Assembly: GCA_023213395.1 (NCBI GenBank)
Contig: CM041465.1
Span: forward strand, 37,827,741 to 37,891,740
Direction: 5' to 3'
DNA length: 64,000 nt
From: Cycas panzhihuaensis
Taxonomy: Eukaryota; Plantae; Cycadophyta
Shown here piece after piece: positions 42,084 to 56,500 of this stretch. The first letter of the stretch is position 1; the number at the start of each line of letters is the position of its first letter. A program made the translations under genes and the position numbers. The notes beneath the pieces were generated by a model, which worked only from the letters and a program-made list of their open reading frames with translations, had not been told where the DNA came from and searched no databases.

Positions 42084-45000
42084 AAGTCGTAGACCTTTAA
42101 GTAACCACAAACTTTTATAATTTTGACAAATGGGTTTAGTGGTGGCCAACTTTACAAGCTTTACATTATCACCTTCTGAATTGTAGGCATGATTAATTCA
42201 CAAAAGAGATGTTATAGCTAGATGGAATGAGACATTGAAATCTCCATTCTTGGATACCATACCCTTGATTGAATTTTATCATGACACAAAGATTCTACAC
42301 TACCTCATTCCCTTGCCAATTGATTCTTGTACACTCTCATATCCATCAAATTATCTTTTCCCAATGTAAGTTTCAAATTATTATTGCATTTCCATGCACA
42401 CACATATAGCTAAAGGTCATTGCTTGCTCATTTTTATGTTGTCTATAATGTTTATATATTTCAAGAGTTCAAAATTCTTAAGCAAATACCTTAGTCAACT
42501 TTGTACTAGCATAATACCCTTTGATACACTCATAAAACTTTGAAACCACACATTCTGGATTTTATCCCCATTATGCCACACAATCACATAGATCCTTGAC
42601 AAGATATAGAATATTGGTAATATTGTATGTACAAATGTAGGATATGACATTAGCAACATTTGTTTATTATTACGTGAACTATACGGAACTCCATTACCAA
42701 GGGGGCAAATTGTTTTCCTAATTTTAGGCCTCCTGCCTCCAATTTAAAAATACCATATATGATTCTTCTCTCTTTCTCACATTAGATATGCATAAGTTGT
42801 ATATCATTTATCTTACTCTACATTTGATTGCTTGGTTTTGCTTATCATTTTGCCTTATGTTGCATTTTGATTGATCAATTGTTTGTGTTTATCTATGCAT
42901 ATTATATACCCCCCCATTCCCCTTGCCACAATGAAAATAAAATATATTTCTATATAACAACTTATGTTATGGAGATATAGCTTTGATGACTTCTTTCTTG
43001 TCTTATTTCATACTCTTTTTTAGCTCCTCTAAATGACCATCTCAAGTTGACACGAATCTATACTCCTCTAAGGTAATTTGCATAGATTAAACACAAATTA
43101 ATTACCTCTCAAAATTAGCTATCATGTAGGTTAAATACGAGTCAATGCCTCTCTAAACAATTTGTTTGGGTCAACACAAGTATTTTCTATCATTTTTTAC
43201 TCACATTATACTTAATTTGCATTTTTGGCCTTGAGTTTTAAAGCAATTGATTGTTTTATATAGTTCAATATGTAGATTTTCTTGAGTACATATGAAATAA
43301 GTGGTCATGGCTTGAAAACAAACATTGTATAAGAAGTTATACCCATATTAAGTTTTTAACTTCTCTAATGTACTAGTTTTGCAACTTTCAAGGGTGATTT
43401 CACAATTAAAAAACCTCACAAAGCATAATTACTGCGAATTAGTATTTAAAACCAACTTCCACATAAGTTTGAAAATTTATTCTCCAAACACTCACTATAA
43501 ATACCTCTCACAATCTTCCCTTTTAGAGGATGATGAGGTTTCACTTTCTTGCTCACTTTCTTGCTCACATTTAAGCAAAGCCCTTCACACATTCCTTGCT
43601 TGCTCACACTCAAGTAAAACTTTCATGTGTATCTTTGATCCATTTTTGCTTCTAGTTGGAGGATTTACACATGCCCCATCTATTATCGTCATGTTTTAGG
43701 AGATTGTTTAACATTTCACTTGCTTTGTTTGCCATACTGCTTATTTATGTTCTATGTTATGCATATTGCCATCTTATCAACAATCGTAGTATGGTCCACC
43801 TATATGGTTTATGCAGTACTCAGTCTAATATTGTAGATCTCTTCACATTTTCTACAGTATCATCATAGCTCTTACACTATCTTCCTGCAACTGTACCATA
43901 GGTCAACTTCTACTATTCGGTAATATTGCTCGTGTAATAGCACTAGTTAGAAGGCAACATTTGCTCTAGTAATAAATCAAATTTATAATTACAAGAGCAA
44001 ACATTACTTAAAACAAAAGCCACAAACAAACCCTATAAGTGCTATCAAAGGTGCTATAATGTTGTTTTCTAACATGTGAAACCTTGGGTGGACAATTGTT
44101 ATGATGCCATTGACCAAAGTTAGAATTGTCATCGATTGAAACACACATACCCATCACCAACTCACAAGCAAACCAAAGTTCTATATATATATATATATAT
44201 ATATAAGATTTTATAAGCTATGGATTTTGGTCCAACATGTCCTATTGCAATGCCTTGATGTTCTTCCTTCAACATTGTTTGGACGTTTTTAGGCACTACG
44301 CATCTTTGAAGTACATGATCTTTGCCTAATTTGTAAAGAAACCCTCCTATTAGTTGGTAGGGTGTTGCTTTCCTTACTAATTCCCTTCGTTGTTAGAAGG
44401 CATGTCAACAACATTCATTGACCATTATGTTCGTTACAATGCATGTCGCAACCACTATTGACACACTTACAAAATAAAAAATAAAATAAAATAATTATTG
44501 ATGTTATATTTATAGGGCACAACCAAACCTTGGTGCATAGGATACCATAAAAGAGTTGAGCAATGAAGTTTAGTATTAAAAACAACTGGGTAAAGGTAAG
44601 GAGTAACAAGGTATCTTAATGCTAAGGAAACCCAAAGAAGAACTCACTAATACCTACCTCAAAGATGATTTTAATTTCATCGCAATGAATGAACAAGACA
44701 TTCAGCTCAAACACTTGCCTAGTTATGTTTATGAAGAGGATGAATGCAGTTGCATAAAACCGTCTACAATAACGATGCAAAACATGATGCTTTTGACGAG
44801 CCTAGAAGACATCAAGGTAGAGCCCTAAGAAACTTAAGAGAAATTAGATGTTATAGGTGTAATGAGAAAGGTCATATTGCTTATCACAGTTTGGTAGAGA
44901 GGGACGCTCCCTCTCGACCATCGAACGTTTTCTGTGGAGATACGTAGAGGGGTTACAAGGGAGAGACATTGGATGGTGCCTCAAAGGAGTGACCAGGAGG

Positions 45001-48000
45001 AGAGGTAGTAGTTGTCCGGATCCAAATCCACATGTAGTCCTTTTTTTAGCAGAGAGTGCTAGGAACCCAAACCTAAAGAAAGGAGGAATCACTTGGGTTT
45101 GGGCAGAAAGTCTAGGTGATAGAGCGGAAGAGCAGGTGTGGCGATCTTGAGAAGGAGCCCCAGGACATCAGCAACTCCATTGATACAGCTAGATTTCAAA
45201 GATATGAGTGATGCTTCAACGAGCCGGGTGAATAGTTTGTTAGCTTGGCAACTCTCTGATTTTTTTTTCTAATTAGTCAATTTTAGACCTACTAAATGGA
45301 GGAAATGCACTAATTAAACTAGTCTCAATCTTTCCCTCTGGGAAGGTCTTGCTGAGATGTTCTAAAAACTGAAGAGGTAGAGACGTGTGAAATTAACCCA
45401 ATCTATCAAGACAACTTAATTAAAATCCGTGTTCCAAAAGACCTTATCGAAAAGATAGAGAAATGCTAGGAGAATAGCTTAGTAAGAAGGTTTTCAGGGC
45501 CCAGACCAAGGTTAGATATTATAAGAAAATGGTTGGTGATCAAATGGAGGACTAAAAACCTAGTGGAGGTCATGGCTATGCCAAAGGGTGTGTCTTATTT
45601 AGGTTTGCAAATCGGAAAGATATGATAAGCATACTCCTAAAATCCCCTTGGATATTAGGTAGAAAGGCAATCACCCTAGAAAAGCGGCATCCAGGTTTTA
45701 ATCTATCGGTGCCAACAATGAAGCAGGCATCAATATGGGTCCAGATGCCCAGGCTACCCTTGCAATTCTGAAATCTGGAAGTTATAAAAGGTGTAGCGGA
45801 AGCAATAGGGCCTTTACTGGTAAATGACTCAACAACGAAGAATAGAACTCAGCTAATAAATGTTAGATTCTGTGTTCTGGTGAGACTTGACAAATGTCTC
45901 CCAGAATTGGTGAGGATTGAATTTAAAGGGTGGGGAAATAACCAAAATTTGTTTATGAGTTGGACAACATCAGATGCTCCAGATGCAGATACTTTGGGCA
46001 CCTCCCTTTGACATGCCCAGGGGATTTGAAGGATGAGGGGGCATGATCTGTTTTTTAATATTTAATTTTAAAATACTATTTAAATGAGTATAAAATGGCT
46101 TGTTAATATTTATTTTTCATGTTTCTAACCTTCATTTAGTAGAAAATTGCCATTTAGATACTTAAAAAATTATAAAGTAGATGCAACTAAGTGGTTTACA
46201 AGTGCAATCAAGTGATCTACAAGTGCAACCAAGAGGTTTACAAGTGCAACCAGCAGTCTGCAAGTGTAACCAAGAGGTCTGCATATGCAACCTGAAGCCT
46301 GTTGGTGCAACCTGAAGCCTACAAGTGCAACCTTTATGACCACAAGTATAACCCGAAAAATTAAAAAATAGATGGAATTTTGACCAAGAAAAAGGAGTCT
46401 GTTTTGCACAAAATTTTAGGAGGACGATTTTATATGTGTCCTCTACACAATAGGAAAAAGAAAACCATAGATTAAATGGTTTTAAGTTAGTTTTTCAACT
46501 GATCAAATGTTAGTTGAAAAACTAAAATGGAAAAACCATTTTAGGAAGAAACATGCATGGCAGGGTTTCAAAACTGCCCGGATTTTTTCAAGAATGGAAG
46601 GAAGGATGCCCAGCAACTGTAAACGCAGCAAATGCAAAACAACTTTCCAAAGAAAAAGAATGGCTCCAAACTAAAGACTGCGTAGGAGAAACGGAGGAAA
46701 GAAAAAATGCAAAGAAGAAACATACAAAAGAAACAAGAGAAAAGTGCCCAGATCTGTTCATGGGAGCATTGAAGAAGCCCAAGAGGGCTTAGTTGCAACC
46801 AAAGAAAGAAGAAAACCAGTTGTATTAGTCCAAGGAAGACACCCAGACGGAAATCTTCTCTAAGAAAGGGTTTATGGTTGAATAGCAACCAAAACTTCAT
46901 ATATAGATCATTAGTAATGGTACCAAAAAGTATGTAGCAGCCCGAAATGCGCCTAGCACACATTTTTCCACTCCCAAATTGTTGTAGCAGTCTTATTCAT
47001 GCTCAATAGAGCACAAAAATATAGAATTTTGTAAGAAAAAATCCAAATATTTTCAAATTTAATGTATCATTATTGTATGTTGTTCTGAATTTGTTTTGAT
47101 TTGACTAAGTTTTTGCTTTTCCATTCAAATTTGAATCAATATTTTTAGTATCAAAGCTTACTTTCTTGCAACTCTTGGGAATTTAGGGATTTTTAAAGAA
47201 AAAAAGAGAGAAAACCCTCTTTGTTTTAACTGTGAAAAGGTTTTTATGAAAACTAAGTTTCAGTATTTATTTACTGGCGAACCTTTAACCGAACCGCTTG
47301 AGAGAGAGCGTAGTCAACGAAGGAAGATGGTTGACCCAGAACAAGAGATGGAGAAAAGGTTCATAAAGATGCAGCAAAATCTCGACAGACTAACCCAGCT
47401 TGTGGCACAACTAGTCTCTCAACAAGGTGCAACTTCTTCAATAGCCAAAGGCATAAAGAAAGAAGAAGATGAACTACTGAACGAAGAAACAAATGAAGAA
47501 CCGACAGAAGACCAACAAGAAGAGGAAGAAGATGACAATCCATCGGTAACAACACATCCATTCAAGGTAGAGGCAAAACTTGAATTACCCCTCTATGATA
47601 ATACCTTAGGTGCTGAAAAATTAGATGGTTGTTTGGACCAACTAGAAATATATTTTTTAATTTATGGGTATAAAAACCAACAGAAAATTACTTTTGCTAA
47701 GTTAAAATTGTCTAAGCATACATTAGTCTGGTGGAATGCATATCTTAAATCCTATAATGTAGATGAAATTACATGGCAGCGATTTAAAATCCTCATAAAG
47801 AAGTAATTCTATTCTATTGGGTATAAAGAGCAGCAGAGGATTAAATGACAGTATTACCGACAAGAAAAAAGCCAAAATGTCCAAGACTACACAACAGAAT
47901 TTAAAAAACAAGTTGTTGTGTTTTACTGGGTAAAGACATCATGCTAAAGTATATTGGAGAGTTGCACCAACATATTCAGCAAAAACTTCAATTGTTTGAA

Positions 48001-48691
48001 ATTAAATCACTCGATGAAGCCAGCAAGAAAGTGATCGCCATAGAAAAGAGGAACAAGAAGGTTTTCACTGAGAGGAAAAGGTTTACACCTCAAGAAGGTA
48101 GAAATAAACATGCACAAGGAAAGAAGTTTCCAAATAAAGTTGAACAACAACCCACTGAGATTTTGGCAAGAAGAAACAAGCTAATACCACCTAAATCAAA
48201 ATCACTTGTACACATTACAAGCGAGTGGGTCACAGCATAGAAAATTGTTGGTTCTTACATCCATAAAAGCAGCCCAAGAACAAGGGAAAAGGTAAAGATA
48301 AAATTGAATGTAAAGCTTTACTTAACTCTGTAGGTGATGAAGATGTTTGTGGCATTAAAGGAGCCAATGAGAAGTTAATGCTCATGGCCAATGCAGAGCC
48401 TAAAAACAACCATCAACAAGTTGATCCAGAGATTAGAGAGGAGCTCTTCATGGTAAAAATCTAAGTGAAGCAAAGTATGGTTGATGCCACCTTTCATGGA
48501 GAAAGCTAAAAGAACTTAATCTCAGAGGCATTGGTAAAGAAGTTGGGCTTAAAAATGCATGCACATCCTAAACCATATCCTCTTAGATGGCTACAAAAAG
48601 ATTCAGAGTTGCGAGTTACTCGCCAATGTAAGTTTAAATTTGTAATTTCTGAAAAGTTCATTGATGAAGTTGAATGCGAGGTAGTTCCTTT
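42084..48691 (+). repeat. Segmental duplication copy 2 (continues into the complete elements)
   Basis: Paralog of 34551-41248. Confidence 0.97.
46180..46350. repeat. About 21-bp tandem repeats (acaagtgcaaccaagtgatct) in LTR I; also at 38712-38885 and 52003-52130
   Basis: Seen directly; copy number differs among the three LTR copies. Confidence 0.9.
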
Positions 48692-51600
48692 AGGTGTTTG
48701 TCAAGTTGTGTTTGGCAGCCCATATCTCTATGATAGAGATGGAGTCCATCATAAGAGACTGAGAAATATTCGACTCATCAAGGACAGGAAATCATATTTG
48801 ATCAATGCATCAAAGCCACAAAAGAAGATCTCTCTCATATCTTCCCAACAAGCAAAAAGATTGATTAATACTTGTAAGAAATTTGTTCTGCTAATGGTGA
48901 AGCAAAAGGTGGAAGAAAAAGAGCAAGCAGAGTCTTCAATACAGGCATCGGATAGGAAACAAGTGCAGCAGATTAAAGGCCTAAGGAATAGTTATAATGA
49001 CGTATTCCAGGAGCCAAAAGGGTTGCCCCCTAAGAGGGCAATTGAACATGAAATCCAGCTGGTTGTCGATTCACCTTTGCCAAATCTTAATCTCTACCGA
49101 AACTCAGTTTTGGAGAATGAAGAGATTAAGAGGGAGATTCAAGAACTCTTGGAGCAAGAAGTGATCAAGTCGAGTTGTTTTCCATGCAGTTCACCTATTG
49201 TTTTGGTGCCGAAGAAAGATGGATGATGGAGAATGTGCATTGACTACCGAGCTTTGAACAAGATCACCATAAAGAATCGACATCCCTTACCATGGGTAGA
49301 TGACTTGTTGGACCAGTTGCAATCCACAAAATATTTCAACAAGTTGGATCTGAAATCAGGCTACCATCAAGTTCAAATCCGGGAGGAGGATACTTGGAAG
49401 ACAACCTTCAAATTGAAGCAAGGGTTGTTCGAATGGTTGGTGATGCCTTTTGGTTTGTGCAATGCACCTGCCACCTTCATGAAGTTGATAAATGAGGTAT
49501 TAAAACCCTTCATTGATGATTTTGTAATTGTTTATTTAGATGATATTCTGATTTTTAGTCACACTTAGGAGGAGCACCTCCAACATGTTGAGCAAGTGCT
49601 CAAAGTCCTCCAAGAGCAGCAACTGAAACTTAATCTGAAAAAGTGCGAGTTTAGAAAGCAACATCTCATCTTCTTGGGTTTCGTAGTTGAAGGAGGAGAA
49701 TTGAAGATTGACCTAGCAAAGACTAGAGTCATTCTCAATTGGCCACACCTATGACAACCACAGAGACAAGAAGTTTCATTAGTGCATGTTAATACTTTAA
49801 AAAAATTATTTTCAGATTCTCTCAAATTACAACACCTTTTCATGTATTGATAGGAGGACATGCAAAGTTTCATTGGGAGAATGAACAAGAGAAAGCTTTC
49901 AGGCTTTTGAAGCAGAAAATTTGTGAGGCACCAGTGTTAGCCTTACCCTTATTGCAGAAACCATTTGAATTGGAGACTGATGCTTTAGGTTATGCCATGG
50001 GAACAGTGTTGAAGCAAGAGGGAAGACCGATAGCATACCATTCAGATACATTTAATGGAGTTGTCATAAACTACCCAACTTAACAATAAGGAGCTCTATG
50101 CATTGCACCAAGCAGTCAAGTATTAGAGACTGTATTTGTTGGGAAAAGAGGTGGTCATCCACACCAATCACAAGCCTTTGCAATTCTTGCAAACTCAGTC
50201 CAAATTGTAGCAGGCCATGCACATGAAGTGGATGTCCTATTTGCAGCAGTTTCACATCGTGGTCAAGTATAAAAAAGGTACAACAAACAAAATTGCAGAC
50301 TTATTGTCCAGACGTCCTCAACAGTAAGGTATTTCTAGTTTGTTGGTAGTTATGCAATTTTAGCCTTTCTGTCATAATGAATATGTTGATTTGTACTTGA
50401 AAGATGAGGCATTCAAGCCTATCTTTGAGCAGTTACAGCAGAGAAAAGTAATTGTTGATTTTCAGCTGAAATATGGCCTTCTCTTCAAGCAAAACAAGCT
50501 TTGCATTCCAAAGCATGCAAATCGAATGAAGTGGGTAAGAGAAGCTCACAACTCTGGAGTTGTAGGACACTTTAGAGTGGGAAAGACATTGCTAAATTTG
50601 CAGTGATATATGTATTAGCTAAACATGCAGCAGGATGTGACTACAGTAGTACAAGGATGTACATTGTGTAGCACATCAAAGCCAGCCATTAGGAAGTTTG
50701 GATTATACACTTCACTTTCTGTTCCATCACGACCATGGGAGAGTATCTCCATGGATTTCCTAGGAGGACTACCACGGACTAAAAATGATATGGATTATTT
50801 GTTTGTAGTTGTTGATCTATTCAGTAAAATGGTGGTGTCGATTCCATGTAGGAAGACACATACAGGAGGAGACATGGCTAGATTGTTTTTCCAACATGTT
50901 TGGAAGCATTTTGGACTTCCCAACTCAATCATTTCTTATCGAGATAGCAAATTTCTGAGTCATTTTTGGCAAACGCTTTGGAGAATGATGGATACGAAGC
51001 TGAAGATGAGCACGGCCTTTCATCCTCAAATAGGCGGCCAGATTAAAGTCGTCAACAGGATGTTGGTACAACTGTTACGAGGATACAATGCCAAGCATTC
51101 TAAGATTTAGAATGAAAGTCTCCCATACTTGCAATTTGCCTTCAACAGAGCTATCCATAGCTCAACCCAAAAATCACCATTTAAGATATGTTTGGGATTT
51201 CTGCCTGCAAGTCCATTCAATCTAGAATTTTCTGCTCAACTTTCTACAGGAAATGGGAAGGAGGAAGAAGAAGATGAGAAGGCACGAAGATTCTTGGAAA
51301 GAATTGGAAAAATCCATCAACAGGTTGAAGAGCAGCTTCAAAAATCTCAACAGAGATACAAACAAAGGTATGATGTACATAGAACCAGCCATTCCTTTAA
51401 GAAATGAGATAGAGTTTGGTTGCATCTCAGTAAGAAACGATTGTAAGGTGAAGGTAAAAAGCTAAAACCTATATGTTATGGTCCTTTTACAATCTTGAAG
51501 AAGATTGGGGAAAATACTTTCCAGTTTGAACTTTTAGAATTCATGAATATGTATTCAGTTGTGAATGTTGAGAATCTAAAGATGTTCGAGCCATCCATGT

Positions 51601-51830
51601 TGGATGAAGATGAAGACGGAGTTCCACTCTTACCAAATCCGGAGAAGTTGCGAGTAGAGAAAGTGGAACCAATATAAAATGATTGCATTCTTCAAAGGAA
51701 GCAGACCAAAACCAGAAGAGGCATAATCAAGTGCTTCAGGATTGCAGAAAAATGACAAGTACCCAGCAAGGCAAAATGGTACAACAGAGAGAAAGGGAAA
51801 GTCAAATTCCTTCATCTACAATTATAAGGT
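47246..51830 (+). pseudogene. gag-pol: Gypsy I gag-pol, disrupted
   Basis: gag 47246-47806; protease region 48531-49226; [11 protein letters not shown]...[15 protein letters not shown]...[10 protein letters not shown]; RNase H ELETDALGY; integrase PWESISMDFLGGLPRT. Confidence 0.95.
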
Positions 51831-53521
51831 TCATAAGGCCATGAACTCCTAAAAAAGGGGAGTTCAGATCTGTCTTCAGATCTTTAATTTCATAATACTC
51901 TTTTAAATGAGTATAAAATGCCTTGTTAATATTTATTTTTCATGTTTTTAATCTTCATTTAGTAGAAAATTACCATTTAGATGCTTAAAAAAATACAAAG
52001 CAGATGCAACCAAGTGGTCTACAAGTGCAACCAAGTGATCTACAAGTGCAACCAAGGGTCTGTGAGTGCAACCAAGAGGTATGTAAGTGCGACCTGAAGC
52101 CTGCAAGTGTAACATTTGCGACCACAAGTACAACTCGAAAAGCGAACGGGATTTTGACAGGGAAAAATAAGTCTATTTCGCACAAAATTTTAGGAGGATG
52201 ATTTTACATGTGTCCTCTACACAATAAAAGAAAGAAAACCCTAAATTAAATGATTTTAAGTTAGTTTTTCAACTGATCAAATGTTAGTTGAAAAACTAAA
52301 ACGGAACAACTATTTTAGGAAGAAACACGCATGGCAAGGTTTCAAAACTGTCCGAATTTATTCAGGAATGGAAGGATGCCCAGCAATTGTAAATGCAGCA
52401 AGAGGAGCAAAAATCGTGAGAAGATAATGCAAAATAACTTTCCAAAGAAGAAGAATGGCTCCAAACTAAAGGCTGCGTAGGAAAAACGGAGGAAAAATAA
52501 GTGCAAAGAAGAAACATATGAAAAAAACAAGAGAAAAGTGCCCAGATCTGTTTATGGGGGCATTGAAGAAGCCCAAGAGGGCTTAGTTGCAGCCAAAGGA
52601 AGAAGAAAACTAGTTATAGCAATCCAAGAAAGATGCTCAGGCGGAAATCTTCTCCAAAAAAGGGTTTGTGATTGAATGGCAACCAAAACTTCATACATAA
52701 ATCGTTGGTAATGGTACCAAAGAGTATGTAGCAACCTAAAATGCGCCCAGCACATATTTCTCCACTCCCAAATTGTTGTAGCAGTCCTATTCATGCTCAA
52801 TAGAGCACAAAGATATGGAATTTATAAGGAAAAATCTAAATATTTTTAAATTTAATGTATCATTATTGTATATTATTCTGAATTTATTTCGATTGGACTA
52901 AGTTTTTACTTTTCCATTTAAATTCAGATCAGGGCAGGAGGGAAGGAGGGCCTGATTAATGATCCTGAGGCCCCTGAAGAGGAAGCAGGGGAATGGGTTA
53001 CAAGCGAGCCCCAGGAGCCCAGACAAGAAGAACCCCCCGAGGACAAGGGGGCCAAGGGGGAAGAAAAGAACATAAACTAGGAAGAAGAGGATACCCTCTT
53101 TGAGGAAGGCAAGGAGAAGGGAATGGCCAAGGGACCGGAAGAGGAGATGCATGGCACCGAAGAGCCTGGGGTTGGGTGTCAGGCCAGTCACGATGGTTAG
53201 GAGAGGATGCAACCTAAGGAGGATTTGCCTATGAGCGGGGGGTAGGAAGGGTCGGTTAGTGTAGACCGTATGTGGAAAGTAAAAGGAAAAGGTGTGCAGG
53301 AGGAACAGAGAGAGTCTAGCCAGAGAAGAGGTCCTGATGTGGGCAGTGGCAAAAGGGTCAAAAGGCCCATAAGAAGGATGGTTAAAGAAAGGGAGATCGT
53401 CTCCCAAATTGATCAAGGGTACCAGCGTACCCTAAAAGAAGGGGTGGCCAAAGAACCATTTTTAAGGAGCAAGAGATGACCCTATGATGTCGGGGGAAGG
53501 GGGGAGGGCACAAAGCATGCT

Positions 53522-56500
53522 ATGAGGATCATTTCCTGGAATATTAGGGGTCTAAATGCTCCCTCCAAGCAAAGAGTAGTTAAATATATGCGAGATAGAT
53601 TTGGAGCAAATATTGTTATGCTTCAAGAAACCAAACTGGAAAGAGGCAAAGGGCCAGAGGTGAAAAACAGATTCTGGAGGAATAGGGAGATGTTGGCGAA
53701 AGAAGGAACCCAAGACTCGGGAGGCATGCCAGTATTCTGGAACCCGAAAATATGGCATGGGTTAGTTATGGTACAGGAAGACCACTTCATGTTGGTTTGG
53801 TTAACTTGCAGAAGGATGAATGTGCAATGGATAGCCACTAATACTTATGCTCCAACAATGATGGAAGGCAGAAAGATGCTTTAGGACAGAATTCAAGACA
53901 TTCATAAAGATTGGAGTGGCCCCTGGATAGTAGCCGAGGACCTAAATATAGCCCTGTCCCTAGGAGAAAAGAAAGGGGGACAAGAGGGCTGGTCAAAAAG
54001 CATGATTGATATAGATGACTTCCTTTAAAAAGGTGGCTTGATGGACATTCCGCTAAGAGAGGCCAAGTACACCTGGTCGAATAGAAGAATAGGAGATCAT
54101 CACATACAGCTAAAATTAGATAGGGTGATGATCAACTATGAGTGGGCTAGGCTCCATGACGATATGAAATTAGATGCCCTCCCAAAGGTGGTGTCCAATC
54201 ATTCGTCATTGATACTTGAGTTTAACACCACAGGGAAATACGTTGGGGCTCCATTTCGGTTTGAGCTTATGTGGATAAGGCATCCAGATTTCAGGAATCG
54301 GATAAAGGAATGGTGGAGCAAATTGGTGGAGGGGCACACTATGTTTAGGTTATCAAAGAAGTTGAATTGGGTGAAAAGGCAAGTTAAAGCCTGGAATAAA
54401 GAGGTTTTTGGCAACATTTTTGAAGTGAAGAGTTGTCTTCTTGGGGAGCTTAATGAGATTGAGAGAAGAATTCAGGTGGAAGGTAGATCCCTTTCTTTGG
54501 ATTAGATGGAGTGAATGACTATCAGGAATCTGGAGGAGGTTTTGGTTAAGGAGGAAATTTATCAAAAATAGAAGTCTATGGCTCTCTGGCTAGAGGAGGG
54601 GGATAGGAACACCAAGTTTTTCCATATGACAACTTTGTAACACAAGTCTTGCAACAAAATTAGCAAATTAAAAAACAGAGGAGGAGAAAAGTCCAAGACG
54701 AATGAAGAAATCAAAGGCATAGCAGTTGATTATTTTAAGAATTTATTTGAAAGACTAGGTTGTCAAGATGCAGATCTAAAGAGGGAGCTTATGTGATATA
54801 TCCCTAAGCTGATTGAAGAAGAGCAGAATAGTTGGTTGAAGGAACCATTTTCAATGGAGGAGGTAGAGAAGGCCCTCTTTGATATGGGTTGTGATAAAAC
54901 CTTGGTCTAGATGGTTTCCCTCTAAGTTTTTTTCAGGAGTTTTGGGATATAATCAAGGAAGACCTAAAATTAGCCCTGGACAAATTTTATGAAAAAATGA
55001 CAATTCTGAAGGAATAATAGGCTACATTCCTCGTGTTGATCCCAAAAAATGAAGGGGTGTAAGCTATGGAGGAGTTCAAACCGATTAGTCCATGTAATGT
55101 AAAGTACAAAATTCTGGCTAAAATTTTGGCCAACTGACTAAAGGAGTGCTTGTCGTTTATCATATTTCCAAACCATGATGGATTCGTGAAATGGAGATGA
55201 ATATTGGACAATATTATAGTTGTTCACGAAACGATCCATTCAGTCTACCAGAGAAAAGAAGCAGGTACAATTGTGAAATTTGACATGTCAAAGGCTTATG
55301 ACATAGTAGCTTGGGACTGTTTAATAGATTGCCTTCAGGCGTTTGGGTTTGGTGAGGTTTGGAGGAAATGGATAGCATGTTGCATCTCCAAACCTCAATA
55401 CTTAGTCTTGATAAATGGCACCTCGACATCCTTCTTTCCCGGATTTAGAGTGTTAAGGCAACGAGACCCTTTATCCCCCTACCTGTTTATTATTATAGTT
55501 GAAATACTAGGAGAGCTATGGAGGAGGCTAGGAGGAAAGGATAGGTTACGAGATTAAAGCCCACTTCCGGCATCAATATAGTTCATCATCAGTTTGTAGA
55601 TAATAACATTTACTAGAGAAGGCTGCCATGGGGGAAGCGCGGGCCTTTAAAGCTTGCCTCCAATGCTTTGAGAGAGCCACAAATCAAAAAAAAAAAAAAT
55701 CTAAAAAAAATTAGTGTCTTCTTTGTTAACACCCATGAGAGACTTCAAAAAAATATTAGTAGGGTGTTGGATATACCCATCAGATCTCTTTCGTCTACAT
55801 ACCTAGGGGTGCCTCTGTTTGTTTGGCATATGGGTAGAGGGCTTTGGAATCCTATTGTGGATAGGATGCAAAGAAAGCTGGCAGGATGGAAAGGATCTCT
55901 TCTTAATCAAGTTGGAAAAATCCAACCAGTGGCTGCTTCCCTACAGAGCATCCAGGTGTATATGATGTCGATTTTAGGGTCCCGAGTAGGGTTATATCGA
56001 TCTTAGAAGGTATTTAGAAAATATTCCTATGGTCGAGAGCAGAAGAAAAGGACAGAATCCATCAGGTAGCTTGGGACAAAGTCTGCCTTCCTAGATGGGT
56101 AGGCAGGCTCAATATTAGAACACTGGCCTCCTTCAATAAAGCCCTGGTGGCTAAACTGGGTTGGAGATTGGCAAAGGATGACAAGGGGCAATGGAGCAAG
56201 ATCGTTTCCAAAAAATACTTAGGAGGTAAGCATTTCTTGAAGGATGAGGTTGGAGAGATTAATAGCTCCCCAATTTGGAGGAGTCTAGTCCATTCTAGAT
56301 CTATCTTGCTCTCTGACCTGAGATGGAAGTTGGGGGATAGGCAAAGTATAAACTTCTGGGTGGATAACCGATGTGGGAATTATCAATTGAAAGGCATGCC
56401 CAATGTCGGTAATCTATAGGCTATTTGCGAGGATATCTTCAACACAAAGGCCAAGAATTACTAGGTGGGACAAGGTAGAGATAGGTCTTGGAGATCCTTT

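Larger units (their letters stand above)
46044..52931 (+). mobile_element. Ty3/Gypsy element I (chromovirus, CRM-related), full-length 6.9 kb, inserted in LINE ORF1
   Basis: LTRs 46044-47138 and 51866-52931, outer termini TGATCTG...CAGATCA; PBS 47146-47157; PPT aaaaaaggggag 51851-51862; perfect TSD GGGCA. Confidence 0.96.
44973..53479 (+). pseudogene. LINE J ORF1 (DUF4283 + CCHC knuckle + basic tail), pieces 44973-46043 and 52937-53479
   Basis: Motifs as in the paralog 38158-38577; stop at 53477-53479 just before ORF2; start codon inferred. Confidence 0.8.

Noticed and set aside
46180-46350. Regular 21-bp repeats resembling a CRISPR array
   Set aside because: No unique spacers and no cas genes; this is a tandem array inside a plant LTR.
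38575-47138. LTRs at 38575 and 46044 as the pair of a separate element
   Set aside because: Both are followed by a PBS and share the same LINE left flank, so they are duplicated 5' LTRs.
52898-53416. 172-aa minus-strand ORF
   Set aside because: It is the antisense of the purine-rich LINE ORF1 tail and crosses the Gypsy I junction.
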